DNA from: an uncultured Alphaproteobacteria bacterium
Lineage (GTDB): Bacteria; Pseudomonadota; Alphaproteobacteria; Rs-D84
Assembly (NCBI GenBank): GCA_904502095.1
Contig: CAJGDG010000001.1
Location: forward strand, 2,242-66,241
Length of the DNA: 64,000 bases
Direction: 5' to 3'
Positions 1 through 9,622 of the stretch are shown piece by piece (positions within the stretch are counted from its first letter, which is position 1; every line of letters starts with the position of its first letter). A program made the position numbers and the translations under genes. The notes below the pieces were generated by a model that was not told the DNA's origin, made no database searches, and worked only from the letters and a program-made list of their open reading frames with translations.

Positions 1-1392
1 ACCGCTTGTTATTCTTCCGCTTATGGTGAAGATACTCAGGCTCAAGAAGATTATATTTATTCTGTTGCACAAGGTTTAATCCTAAATGTCGATAATGAAA
101 TGCTGGCTCAATGCCAAAAGGCTGCTAATGAAGCTATGATTAAAGTGTGTGGCAGTACAGAAAGCTGTGATGCAATGACAATCGCAGATGGTGTTGGCGC
201 ACATGCATTGGAATACAAGATATGTGAATATGCAGTAGGAACTGAAGGCGAATATGCTTTTTCAAATTGTAAACAAGACATGAATCTGATTATGGACGAG
301 GATTTGTTAGGAACGGTTAAATATGAGCCCGGGGAGATGTTTGAAAATACATTAAATTTTGAAAATCGTTCTGATTATGAAGGTGATATAGAAAAACTGA
401 TTGAAGATGCATCAAAGGCGGTTAATGGGAATAAACGGAGTCGTTTGTATGCCGCAGCAAATAAATTAGAAGAATTAAAAGCATCGGAAGTTGGTAAGTT
501 GAAACAGGACCCGTTGAAATTTAAATATAGAGCATATGAAGGTTATAAACTGTTTGCAGGTGTGTTGGATGGTGTTATTGCATGGAATAAAATAAATGTT
601 TCAATGCAAGACGTTTGCCCGTATAAAATTCCAGCTGTGGATACAGATGGTAAAGAAGTAGAAGAAAAGCAAGAATCGTCTGGTGTTATGAAGTTGTGCA
701 TATCTGGTATTGAAGATGCGGCACTGACAGTGAATGCTGGTCAGAATGAGGCAACAAAACAGGATCAAATCTTGTCAGATTTGGGTGCGTTAAAAAATTC
801 TATTAATAATACAATATATGCGATTGAATCAGACCCAACTGTTCAATTCTGTATGACAGGTCGCAAGGTACAAGGACTGAAAATGGGCAAGGATGGTGCG
901 GCTGAACGGACCGAGGCTCGCTTCCCAGGACTGATTGATTCAATGAAGGTAGTTATTGCACAGTCTGCGGTACAAAAGGCCCAGGCAAACTATAATAAAA
1001 AGTATGCGGAATTAGATGAAAAATTGCGCAAGAATAATGTGGCATTGGCGGAACGTATTGCCAAGGTGCGAGAAGAACGAGAAAGCGCCGATAGAACAGA
1101 GATTGCTGCACGTTCTTGTTTGTCGATGGGGACAAATTCAACATTGCCAGTGCAAACAGGTACAGATAATGCAGAATTACAATCTGCCCAGGGTTATACT
1201 GCGACGAGCAAGAATGATGGGGCGGAATATCGTGAAGTTATTACAACAACGTTTAATCCAACAACGCTGGTTTGTAAGAAGTGTACAGTATCGCAAGATT
1301 GCGCAAAGCTAAAAAGGAAAAACAGCAAGAAAAATAAGCATTGTGTTGATTGGGAAGACCCGGTTGAAAAATGTACAGAAACACAATTTTAA
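1..1392 (+). CDS. 3' portion of a large cysteine-rich secreted protein (paralog P1). Its 5' end lies upstream of the window.
   Basis: Frame 1 is open from base 1, with no stop before the first Met at 100. The product matches the C-terminal halves of the 1371..4292 and 21049..23529 products: an ARFP...NYNKKY segment, paired Cys, and a terminal 4-Cys module (..TTFNP..LVCKKC.VS.DC......C.DWED...KCTETQF). Confidence 0.7.
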   Translation, partial: TACYSSAYGEDTQAQEDYIYSVAQGLILNVDNEMLAQCQKAANEAMIKVCGSTESCDAMTIADGVGAHALEYKICEYAVGTEGEYAFSNCKQDMNLIMDEDLLGTVKYEPGEMFENTLNFENRSDYEGDIEKLIEDASKAVNGNKRSRLYAAANKLEELKASEVGKLKQDPLKFKYRAYEGYKLFAGVLDGVIAWNKINVSMQDVCPYKIPAVDTDGKEVEEKQESSGVMKLCISGIEDAALTVNAGQNEATKQDQILSDLGALKNSINNTIYAIESDPTVQFCMTGRKVQGLKMGKDGAAERTEARFPGLIDSMKVVIAQSAVQKAQANYNKKYAELDEKLRKNNVALAERIAKVREERESADRTEIAARSCLSMGTNSTLPVQTGTDNAELQSAQGYTATSKNDGAEYREVITTTFNPTTLVCKKCTVSQDCAKLKRKNSKKNKHCVDWEDPVEKCTETQF

Positions 1393-4292
1393 TAATGCGT
1401 GTTATTGGTAAATGTTTTTTAATTGTTTTGGCTGTTTGCACCGTCTGGATTGACGGTGCATTTTGTGCAACTGTACGACGGGGTGGGGCGGCGCAATCAT
1501 CTGCGCCGAAAACGACGGCTGCGCGTGCGGCGACCAATTCGCGTACTGCGCCAAAGACGGCAACAACCGCAACAAAAACAGGTGGTCGGACAACTGCGGC
1601 GCGCAGTGGGGTGCCCGCATCGTCTGCGGCCCCCAAGGCGCCGGTTGTTTCAGCCCGTGCAGCTGCAACACAAAAGGTTATTGGTACAGGGACCAAGGTT
1701 GCAGGTGCAACAGAAAATACTGCTGTGGGGTCCGATTGTCAAAATTTGTATAATGCATGTATGGATGCGTTTTGCATTGTTGATAATGTTGATGGCGGCA
1801 GATGCGCATGCAGTGATAAATATAAATCATTTGAAGCATTGTTAACCCAGGTTGATGATTTGAACAATCAAGCGTATAAAATATCGACTGTTGGGATGGA
1901 ATCAGTTGAATCTGTTGTCACAAAAGACGCTGCGTTGCAAGTTGGTAAAATTTCTAATTTGCAAAAAACAGATTTACAAAAAGCGTGGGAAAACGGCGAT
2001 GTTGGTGGTGCCTTGCGCAAAACGGCAATTGATGCCTGTGCGGCAAAATTGCCACAATGTGCGAACGAATTGACCATTTTATCGGGGATGTATTCCGGAA
2101 AAATAAATGGCGATTGTGTTGCGTATGAAAACAGTATAAAAAAGTTGCTGGCTGATGCAAAAGCGCGTTTGAATCAGGCCGAAGTAGATTTGCGCTCGTC
2201 CGCGCTGGATGTGGCAAAAAATGCAAACAAATATGATTTGGGTCAATGTACAATCAAATTCCGTGAATGTATGCAGACAACTGCGGAATGTGGGGCTGAT
2301 TTTACGGGGTGTGTTGATACGACCGAGCAAACAAAATCCAGAATCAAAAAAACACAGGCCGAAGAAATTTTTGTTATTCCAAACACAACCGCAAAATTAA
2401 CGATATCGAAATCAATGTATGATTTATTGATGGCTAAATCAGTTGTTTGTTCGTCTGTATTGGATAATTGCGTTGCCGTTCGTGATTCTGTTTTTGATGC
2501 TTTTCTGCGCGAATCAGCGCCATTGTTGACAATTGCAGAAAATTTGGCGGAATCAAATGCACGCCAAAATTGTATTACCAAGGTTTCTGACTGTTTTCAA
2601 AATGCCTGCCGTGATAACATAGGCCCTGATGATAAAGATGCGTCTTATGATGCGTGTTTGACGCGTCCTGAAACAATGTTGTCCTTTTGTAAAGTCGAAT
2701 TGGACGCGTGTGGTGTTGATACCAGTTCCGCAGCCCAGGCAAAAAAGTCTGAAATATGGGATTATGTTTTGGCCAAGTTGGCTGCGTTAAAGGTTGATGC
2801 CTGTACCGAAGATTTAAAAGATTGCTTAACAGATGAAAGCAGATGTGGCGCAGATTATTCGAATTGCGTGGGATTAAGCACAGAACAAATTATCAGGATG
2901 TGTCCGTATGACAAATTGACAGGCTGCAAAAATGTGTATGATAACGAATTGACTTCGGACCAGGTATACGAAAATTTGACCAATGTTGTCCAGGGTATAA
3001 TATTAAATATTGACAACGAGTTGCTGGCGGTTTGTCAGGCGGCGGTCGATAACGCGGCGGTTCGTGCGTGTGGTGAAAATCTAGATTGTGGAAATTTGAT
3101 AAATTTGGATACCATTGGCACAACATCGCTGGATTATAAAATATGCGCGTACCAGACAGTGGGCCAAGATGTCGCGTTTACAGACTATTGTCATCGTGAT
3201 GTTTCATTGATTCCGGATTCGCATCTGGGACGGGTAGAGGGATCGACCACAGGTGAATTGGGACCGGTTGTTCCGTATGCGGCGTTGTTAGATGTTCCTA
3301 TTTTCTGGGAATCTATCAGTGTTGGGCTGGATGGAAAATTTGTTGGTATTGATAATTACTTGTCAAAGTTGGAAGAAAGAAAAATTGTTATTACAGATGC
3401 ACAAAAAGAACGTTTGATGAACGAGCTGAATACATTTAAATCTGGATTGGATAATGTAATTCAGATAATTGAAAATGATACAGATGTTGATGCGTGCATG
3501 AACGGAAAAAAATTACAGGGGTATGGTTCAAAGAAAATTGCACGATTCCCAAATATTACGCAAAGCACGCGTATGTTAATTGCAGGGAAAATGTTGAACC
3601 GGGCCAAGGAAAATTATTATGCAAAATATGATGAATATAATACGCGTCAATTAAAAGATTATATCGCCATTACTGAACGTCAGGTGAAAATCAGGGGTGA
3701 AAATTTCAAAGATAAACATCGTGAATTGGCGCGGCAAAGTTGTGTCAGTTTGGCAGAAATGTCTGCTATGCCTAAAACGAAAGAACCACCGTCTAGTGTG
3801 CTTGGTGGAATATTGATAGGAATCATTTTGGCGGCGGCGGTTGTTGCTACATGTGTAATGACATTTGGAGCGGGTGCTGTTGCTTGGGCGGAACTTGGTG
3901 TGGCGATGGCGGCTAATTTGGCTGTTTCACAAATAAGTGGGATAGCTGCTGCTGGTATTGCTGGGGCTGTGGCTGTTGCGACTGGTGGTGCCGCGGGCGT
4001 TGTTGCAGCGGGATTGGCGATAAATGATGCGGTTCAGGGCAAAGATGTGTATATTAAATCTTCTGAGTCAACAGGAACTACACAAGAGACAACAAACACT
4101 GGGTCGCACAGTATAAAACATTGGAATTACAAGGAAGACATTACAACTATATTTAATCCAATTGATTTAACATGTGAAAAATGTGTTGTTTCAACCCACT
4201 GTAAAAAAACCAAGGCACCAATGTTTGGGGATCAGTATTGTTTGGAATGGGAAGAATCTTTGCCAAAAAGATGCACCACAATTGAGTTTTAG
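1371..4292 (+). CDS. Large cysteine-rich secreted protein (paralog P2, 973 aa). Alternative start at 1395.
   Basis: Signal-peptide-like N-terminus (..CFLIVLAVCTVWIDGAFCA). An Ala/Thr/Arg/Lys-rich low-complexity linker follows. The N-terminal module is GSDCQNLYNACMDAFC..GGRCACS. Cys pairs recur through the body. About 55% local identity to the 21049..23529 product (VLDNCVAVRDSVFDAFLRESAP.. versus VLNSCVAVRDQVWPAFLREAAP..). A Gly/Ala-rich glycine-zipper hydrophobic segment is present (GGILIGIILAAAVVAT...GIAAAGIAGAVAVATGGAAGVVAAG). The protein ends in a 4-Cys module. Confidence 0.8.
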   Translation: MYRNTILIMRVIGKCFLIVLAVCTVWIDGAFCATVRRGGAAQSSAPKTTAARAATNSRTAPKTATTATKTGGRTTAARSGVPASSAAPKAPVVSARAAATQKVIGTGTKVAGATENTAVGSDCQNLYNACMDAFCIVDNVDGGRCACSDKYKSFEALLTQVDDLNNQAYKISTVGMESVESVVTKDAALQVGKISNLQKTDLQKAWENGDVGGALRKTAIDACAAKLPQCANELTILSGMYSGKINGDCVAYENSIKKLLADAKARLNQAEVDLRSSALDVAKNANKYDLGQCTIKFRECMQTTAECGADFTGCVDTTEQTKSRIKKTQAEEIFVIPNTTAKLTISKSMYDLLMAKSVVCSSVLDNCVAVRDSVFDAFLRESAPLLTIAENLAESNARQNCITKVSDCFQNACRDNIGPDDKDASYDACLTRPETMLSFCKVELDACGVDTSSAAQAKKSEIWDYVLAKLAALKVDACTEDLKDCLTDESRCGADYSNCVGLSTEQIIRMCPYDKLTGCKNVYDNELTSDQVYENLTNVVQGIILNIDNELLAVCQAAVDNAAVRACGENLDCGNLINLDTIGTTSLDYKICAYQTVGQDVAFTDYCHRDVSLIPDSHLGRVEGSTTGELGPVVPYAALLDVPIFWESISVGLDGKFVGIDNYLSKLEERKIVITDAQKERLMNELNTFKSGLDNVIQIIENDTDVDACMNGKKLQGYGSKKIARFPNITQSTRMLIAGKMLNRAKENYYAKYDEYNTRQLKDYIAITERQVKIRGENFKDKHRELARQSCVSLAEMSAMPKTKEPPSSVLGGILIGIILAAAVVATCVMTFGAGAVAWAELGVAMAANLAVSQISGIAAAGIAGAVAVATGGAAGVVAAGLAINDAVQGKDVYIKSSESTGTTQETTNTGSHSIKHWNYKEDITTIFNPIDLTCEKCVVSTHCKKTKAPMFGDQYCLEWEESLPKRCTTIEF

Positions 4293-4340
4293 CATATAAA
4301 ATGGCGGCTTTCGTTATCGCCGGGAAAGCGGCCCCAGAAT

Positions 4341-4710
4341 GACAATTTTTTTTGTTAAAAAAAATTGTCATCCTGGTACTTGATACCAGGACCCAGGTTA
4401 TTAATGCAAATTTGTGTTCGCGTTGCGAACATAGACCTAGGTTCCACGGTCAAGCCGTGGAATGACAGAGTTTTTTGTTTGTTTACCTAGGTTCCACAGG
4501 TCACCCGTGGAATGACAGAGTTTTTAAGTTTTTTTACAAAAAAAATTTTAAAACTATATATGTAAAGTTCTCATCTGTCATCCTGGTACTTGATACCAGG
4601 ACCCAGGTTATTAATGCAAATTTGTGTTCGCGTTGCGAACATAGACCTAGGTTCCACGGTCAAGCCGTGGAATGACAGAGTTTTTAAGTTTTTTTACAAA
4701 AAATTTTTTA
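4341..4710. repeat. Array of palindromic hairpin-rich repeats, RPE/MITE-like. Two near-identical ~115-bp copies plus partial copies.
   Basis: Unit copies at about 4367-4480 and about 4576-4690: tgtcatcctggtacttgataccaggaccc...tgttcgcgttgcgaaca...ttccacggtcaagccgtggaatgacagag. Each unit carries three internal hairpins and imperfect terminal inverted repeats (ctgtcatcc / ggaatgacag). A partial 3' copy sits at about 4486-4530. An upstream hairpin tgacaatttttttt/aaaaaaaattgtca lies at about 4341-4370. Confidence 0.7.
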
Positions 4711-4726
4711 ATTTAAATTTGTGATG

Positions 4727-4987
4727 TTATTTTTTGCTTTTCTTTTTATCGGTTTTGGCGCCCAATATTTGAATTTGCATTTTTAAGATGATGTTTTCTT
4801 TTTCTTTGATTTGTTCCAGTAATCGTTCGTTTTCACTGCGCAATTTTGCCAATTCTTGACGGCTGATTGTCGTTTCACGGGTTATTTGACGGGTGCGTTT
4901 GCGATTTAAAAAAAATGCAAATGTCGCGCCAATAACTGCGCCAATTGTTGCGCTGATTACATCAAAAAGTGTGTCAACTAATGCCAT
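4727..4987 (-). CDS. Small basic membrane/coiled-coil protein, hypothetical
   Basis: ORF trimmed to Met at 4987 (MALVDTLFDVISATIGAVIGATFAFF...). It has an N-terminal hydrophobic helix with a GxxxG motif, then a Lys/Glu-rich coiled-coil tail. Confidence 0.45.
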   Translation of the reverse strand: MALVDTLFDVISATIGAVIGATFAFFLNRKRTRQITRETTISRQELAKLRSENERLLEQIKEKENIILKMQIQILGAKTDKKKSKK

Positions 4988-5022
4988 GTGACACACTGTA
5001 TCAATTTATAATGATGGTTGCA

Positions 5023-5625
5023 TCAGGCTTGTTTTCTTAGGCCTGTTTTAGCATCAATCCAAACCTGTTCAGCGGCGATTTCCATCATTGGCATATCGGC
5101 CGCGCTGTCCGAATAAGCGCGAACAACATTTGGAATTATTTTGTTTTCTTTGGCCCATTCGTCCATAATGCGAACTTTGTTCGCACCCCAACATAAAAAT
5201 TCATATTTCCATGGGCGTGATTTATCCATGCGGGAACAAAATACCGCGTCAAATTTCATATCGCGCACCAGGGCTGGCAACAGATAGTCGGGTGATGCAG
5301 ATATCATTAATACACGGCGGCCGGCGTCACGTTCGCTTTGTACGCGTTCTTTGGCCCAGCCGAAACGGTTTAATTTGTGTTGCTTGATAAAACCAGCACT
5401 GTATTTTTTAACCATTTTTGGTGTCATAAAGCGACGCATATTTTCACGCCACCAAATTCCGCCAGGATTAAATTTGCGACAAATGGCACAAACGCCAATC
5501 AACGGCAAAAACAGCCACGGACGAATGCTGCGACGCATACAATATTTTGCAAATTCAACATTTGAATCAAATGCAGATAATGTGCCGTCGAAGTCAAATA
5601 AAACAACATCGGTTTTTGTCAGCAT
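5023..5625 (-). CDS. HAD-superfamily hydrolase (HAD-IB / phosphoserine-phosphatase-like)
   Basis: N-terminal motif VVLFDFDGTLS is the DxDGT catalytic motif I. The 200-aa length is typical of small HAD phosphatases. Confidence 0.6.
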   Translation of the reverse strand: MLTKTDVVLFDFDGTLSAFDSNVEFAKYCMRRSIRPWLFLPLIGVCAICRKFNPGGIWWRENMRRFMTPKMVKKYSAGFIKQHKLNRFGWAKERVQSERDAGRRVLMISASPDYLLPALVRDMKFDAVFCSRMDKSRPWKYEFLCWGANKVRIMDEWAKENKIIPNVVRAYSDSAADMPMMEIAAEQVWIDAKTGLRKQA

Positions 5626-5688
5626 AAATATACCCCTTTACAAGTTGAAAAAATTATATGGTACAAATGTTGTCCGCGCAAGTGATTA

Positions 5689-6912
5689 TTATTGTTTTTT
5701 GTTTATAGATTCGGCAAGACCAAATAAAGCACCCAATGAAGTAGCAAAGGAGCCTTCGTCGGTTGTATCGAGTGCCTCGGTCGCATCAGTTTCGAGTTTT
5801 GGGTCTTTTTTCGCGATTGCTTTTTTCAGTTCGTCAGAATTAAATTTTTTTATCACGTCGCCCGCATCACTTAAATCCAGTTTGCTTAAATCCAGATCGT
5901 CGACATTTTCCATGCCGGCTTCTTTTAATTTTTTCTTTATTTCGTTTGCGTTTTCTTCGCTTTTCTTGCTGGCTTTTTTAGCCTTTAAATCCTTGATTTT
6001 TTCGCCCAGTTCGCCGTTCAATGCCACATTGCCAATCAGCGATGCTGCGCCACCAACGCCGGCAGTAATTGCACCGGTTTTAACTTTCTTGGCGGCTTCT
6101 TCTTTTTGGGCATCCCACGCAGCGGCCGCGGTCGCGTCACCCTGTAATGCCGCCGCCAACGATGTATATGCGCCACCAGTTTTGCCAACATTTTTATCGT
6201 CGTACAGACCAGCTGTTGCGGCATCAATAATTTCTTCACTTTCGATGCCAGGTTGCATACCCAATGCGTTTTTGCGTGTTTTTAAACTGTTTGCCAGTTC
6301 GCGGTATTGCATAACCAGCGGTGTTAACGCATTTGCGCCAGGTAATTCAATTGCACTTTCGCCACCGGCAATGCGGCCTGAACCGTATTCGCATGTGAAT
6401 GTTGCAAGGTACGCCTTCATTGCAGTTTCGGCTTCTTCATCCGCCTTTTTTTCTGCCAATCCAGATGCCAATTGCATACCACCAATACCCATAGTCGCCA
6501 TACCAGTTGCGCCCAGTATTTTATTTTCCAACGATTGTTCGGTTTCTTTGGCTTCGTCTGCTTTGGCCTTTAAGTCCGCCAACTTTTTTGCCTTGGCTTC
6601 TTCATCGGCCGCGTCCGCGTCGGGGTCGGTGGCGGCTTCATCTCCTGGGGGTGTGTCGCCGGTTTCGTTGCCCGTGGTGGTGGAATTGCCTTTAAGCGCG
6701 GCTATGTTGTCGTCGTTTTGTGTTTTTAATTTTGTTTTTTCTTCCTCTGTTGCGGCACTTGCCCCGCCGATGATTTTTTGGGCTTCGGCTTCGTATGCGG
6801 CGATAATATCGGCCACCTTTGTTTTGCCCGCAAATGGGGAGTTTTCTTCAGCCGATGCCAGGGCAGGGATCATAAATAAAACTAATAAAGATGTCAGGCA
6901 CAGTTTTTTCAT
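5689..6912 (-). CDS. Secreted Ala/Lys/Glu/Asp-rich protein with glycine-zipper segments. Last gene of the minus-strand operon.
   Basis: Signal peptide MKKLCLTSLLVLFMIPALASA. Acidic low-complexity body. GxxxG-rich segments ILGATGMATMGIGGMQLASG and KTGAITAGVGGAASLIGNVALNG. Its start overlaps the upstream stop (ATGA at 6909-6912). Confidence 0.7.
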   Translation of the reverse strand: MKKLCLTSLLVLFMIPALASAEENSPFAGKTKVADIIAAYEAEAQKIIGGASAATEEEKTKLKTQNDDNIAALKGNSTTTGNETGDTPPGDEAATDPDADAADEEAKAKKLADLKAKADEAKETEQSLENKILGATGMATMGIGGMQLASGLAEKKADEEAETAMKAYLATFTCEYGSGRIAGGESAIELPGANALTPLVMQYRELANSLKTRKNALGMQPGIESEEIIDAATAGLYDDKNVGKTGGAYTSLAAALQGDATAAAAWDAQKEEAAKKVKTGAITAGVGGAASLIGNVALNGELGEKIKDLKAKKASKKSEENANEIKKKLKEAGMENVDDLDLSKLDLSDAGDVIKKFNSDELKKAIAKKDPKLETDATEALDTTDEGSFATSLGALFGLAESINKKQ

Positions 6913-8144
6913 GCTTTATCTCCCTCTCCACTTCCTTCTTGTGTCGTTTTTGTTTCCTGTTCTGTCAGTGCGGTTAATGCGGCCTGGGCCTGTTTTAATA
7001 AGTTTTTAAGCGCGTCGGATGCTGTTTTATATGCTTCGCTGGGCAGTTTTACGCATTTGCCGTCAACGGGGGTTGCTTCGTGTGTATTGGTGTCACATGT
7101 GATTGTGCATTTGTTTTCTTTGCCGTCCCATTCGGCCTTTGTGGCGCCTTCGATTTTTTCTTTTTTGCACGCCTCTTGTTCGGCGGCTATATCAGCCTTT
7201 GTTTTTTCAACACAGCCCGTGCCATCTTCCCACTTTTTTGTGCCACAATCGCAATCCGTATCGGGGGAAACGCTGTTTGTGACTTCGCCCTTTGTTTTTA
7301 AACACAATGATTCTTCGCAGGTTTTGTTATCCTTCTTTTTATAACCGCGTTTGCACTGAAGAATTATACATTCGCCGTCGGAGTTATAACGACCGACATC
7401 TATATTTTCAGCGACGCCATTCACGCCACCACGACATTCAGCTGGTTCGCATTTTGATTTGTCTTCGTTAGGTTTTTCGTATTTATTCGTACATTTTGTT
7501 ATTATGCATTTGTTTGATGTCGGGTCATATGCAAGCACTACATTTTTGGGGTCCAGTTTCATTTCTTTTGCATCGCATTTGACATTACACTGGTTTGATT
7601 CCCATTTGGCAGATGATGCGCCCCTGATTTTTTGTTGGTCGCAATTTTTTTCTGCCTGGGTTATACAGCCCTTGCCATCTACCCATACTGTGGCATTTTT
7701 ACATTCGCATGGTATGTCGCGCGTTGGGCGCCACAAGCCATTGGTTTTATCGCATAATTCCCGCTTTGCGGATTGGGCGTCTTTTTGTTGTTGTTTTTCG
7801 TTTGGTGTGCATGCACCTTCTTTCAGTTCATACCCGTTTTTGCAGGTTTTTACGACGCATTCACCATTTTGCATTTCGCCGGTTTTTGCGTATGGGTCCG
7901 TTGGTGTGCATTCACTGACGCATTTATTATTTTTTAACTTGTATTTTGGTTCGTCGCATGCGGTGATTTTGCATTCGCCTTTGTCCCATTTTGCGCCCTT
8001 GATCCCGTTTTTGCCGACTTGATTCTGGCATTTCATAGCAGGGGTTTCAACAAGCGTTTTCATAGGTTCCGCCTGTACAGCCATTGCGCCATAAAACGGT
8101 GCAATCATAAATAGGGCGGTAAAGATTTTTAATATGTTTTTCAA
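6909..8144 (-). CDS. Secreted tandem-repeat cysteine-rich protein (P3). TTG start codon.
   Basis: Signal peptide MKNILKIFTALFMIAPFYGAMAVQA. About 8 repeats of a ~45-aa Cys unit, for example KWDKGECKITACDEP.., KWESNQCNVKCDAKE.., GECIILQCKRGYKKKDNKTCEESLC. Codon 1 is TTG. Confidence 0.7.
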   Translation of the reverse strand: MKNILKIFTALFMIAPFYGAMAVQAEPMKTLVETPAMKCQNQVGKNGIKGAKWDKGECKITACDEPKYKLKNNKCVSECTPTDPYAKTGEMQNGECVVKTCKNGYELKEGACTPNEKQQQKDAQSAKRELCDKTNGLWRPTRDIPCECKNATVWVDGKGCITQAEKNCDQQKIRGASSAKWESNQCNVKCDAKEMKLDPKNVVLAYDPTSNKCIITKCTNKYEKPNEDKSKCEPAECRGGVNGVAENIDVGRYNSDGECIILQCKRGYKKKDNKTCEESLCLKTKGEVTNSVSPDTDCDCGTKKWEDGTGCVEKTKADIAAEQEACKKEKIEGATKAEWDGKENKCTITCDTNTHEATPVDGKCVKLPSEAYKTASDALKNLLKQAQAALTALTEQETKTTQEGSGEGDKA

Positions 8145-8155
8145 AATTTGTGCCT

Positions 8156-9622
8156 TTATTTATTAAATATGCCCCCCAAAATGTCTTTTAATTTGGATTG
8201 GTCAAAATTGTCTTGGTCGCCCCAACTGAAGTTTTCAAAGCCGTTGCTTTCTTTTATTTTTGATAACATATCGCGGCATTCTTCGTCGCTTGAGTCGTCA
8301 GTACAGTTATTATTTTTTAGCCACTTTTTCAGATCGTTTGTACAGCCGGTTTCTTTGTCATATTTTTGTGTCTTTGGACATTTGCACAGTTTTGTTGTTT
8401 TGTTCCATTTCCCACCTGTTTGACCGCATAATTCTTCTTTGTAATCGCGTTCAGCTTTGGCACGGTCAACCGCACGGTCGATGGCGCCCGATGTTACTGC
8501 GCCAGCAGCCATGCCCAATCCAGACCCCAGCATCGCAGAAGACGCAGATGTCTGGGAACGGGTTAAACGAAACGCATTTTCCATAAATGTCGTCACATCA
8601 ACGCCAAACCAGTTTTGATTGCAATCAAATGTTGAACCGGCATACGCCTTTTTAGATGCGTAAATCGAATCGTCTTCGCCTGCATGAAAATTTACAGTGA
8701 ACACACAACTGAATGTGCGTTCGTCAAATGCAGCGCCCAGCCGTTCGCATGTGCTGCGTAATTCATCGCGCAGCGCATATAAACGTTCCATGTCATGTTC
8801 GATTGTGTATTCTGCGGTGTTGCGGGCGGTGCCCATAACCTGCATCGCGCGGGCTGCCAGACCGCTGTCTTGTTCTGTGCATTCTTTGGCGATTTGTTCG
8901 CATTTTTTTATCGCAGCGTCGCCGTCGTTTTTGCCAACACATTTTTCAAATGTTTTTCCACAGGCACCAACAATACAATCGTTATAGCGATTGCCACAGT
9001 TCATAATGCCTTCGTATAATGATAGTTGTTGCATTACGTCACGGTCCGCCGCAATTTCCGGGGCAAATAATGCGTATTCATGACCGGTGCAGGTTGTGTT
9101 GCGACGACACGCGTCCATTTTGTCGCCCCAAATAGTGTCTGTGTCACCGGCACATTTTTGAAAACCGTCGCCGCATTTATTTATCATACATTTGCGTAAT
9201 TCCGCGTCGCATTTGTTTGCATCATGTCTGGTTGATTCGCCGGTGGTGGCAATGTCGTCATTGCTTTTGCCTGCGCGAAACGCCGCAATTCGTGCCAACA
9301 TATCACGGGTTTCGTCATCATCGTCATCGCCATCGCTGCCAAAGGCGTCGCTGAACATATTTGCCTTGTTCGTCAGCGGTTGAGTATAGGTTTCAGTTTC
9401 GGCTTTGGCGACTGTTTCTGTGGTTGTTTCGTTCGCGACAACAGCGGGCTCTGATTTTTTTGTTTTGGATGCGGTGCTGGCACGGGCGGCGTTTTTTGCC
9501 GCAGTTGGTTTGCCACGCGCCGCAACAGATGCAGCGTTTACATCGTTAATGCATATCAAAACAAAGATGCTGATAATGCATTTGAAAAGCTTTTGATAAA
9601 AATGTTTCGTTTTGCTCGTCAT
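8156..9622 (-). CDS. Cysteine-rich secreted protein (P4, 488 aa)
   Basis: Signal peptide ..IISIFVLICINDVNA. Basic Ala/Thr/Lys linker, then an acidic stretch DGDDDDDE. Two copies of the C-x6-C-x4-C-x6-C module (CDAELRKCMINKCGDGFQKC and CGNRYNDCIVGACGKTFEKC). Its start overlaps the upstream stop (ATGA at 9619-9622). Confidence 0.75.
   Translation of the reverse strand: MTSKTKHFYQKLFKCIISIFVLICINDVNAASVAARGKPTAAKNAARASTASKTKKSEPAVVANETTTETVAKAETETYTQPLTNKANMFSDAFGSDGDDDDDETRDMLARIAAFRAGKSNDDIATTGESTRHDANKCDAELRKCMINKCGDGFQKCAGDTDTIWGDKMDACRRNTTCTGHEYALFAPEIAADRDVMQQLSLYEGIMNCGNRYNDCIVGACGKTFEKCVGKNDGDAAIKKCEQIAKECTEQDSGLAARAMQVMGTARNTAEYTIEHDMERLYALRDELRSTCERLGAAFDERTFSCVFTVNFHAGEDDSIYASKKAYAGSTFDCNQNWFGVDVTTFMENAFRLTRSQTSASSAMLGSGLGMAAGAVTSGAIDRAVDRAKAERDYKEELCGQTGGKWNKTTKLCKCPKTQKYDKETGCTNDLKKWLKNNNCTDDSSDEECRDMLSKIKESNGFENFSWGDQDNFDQSKLKDILGGIFNK

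Noticed and set aside
1253-1845. Several overlapping ORFs in both orientations (1253..1696 -, 1402..1671 -, 1423..1845 +, 1463..1753 +)
   Set aside because: They lie in the GC-rich low-complexity linker of P2. Their Arg/Pro/Ala-rich translations are compositional artefacts.
4341-4710. Repeat array as a CRISPR locus
   Set aside because: Only 2-3 copies of a ~115-bp unit, with internal hairpins and terminal inverted repeats. No 25-40-bp spacers, no regular repeat periodicity, and no cas genes.
5351-7009. 552-aa plus-strand ORF
   Set aside because: It is antisense to the HAD hydrolase and the acidic secreted protein genes. Its Ser/Ala/Phe-rich low-complexity translation is the mirror of an Ala/Glu/Lys-rich coding strand. 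No RBS or start context.
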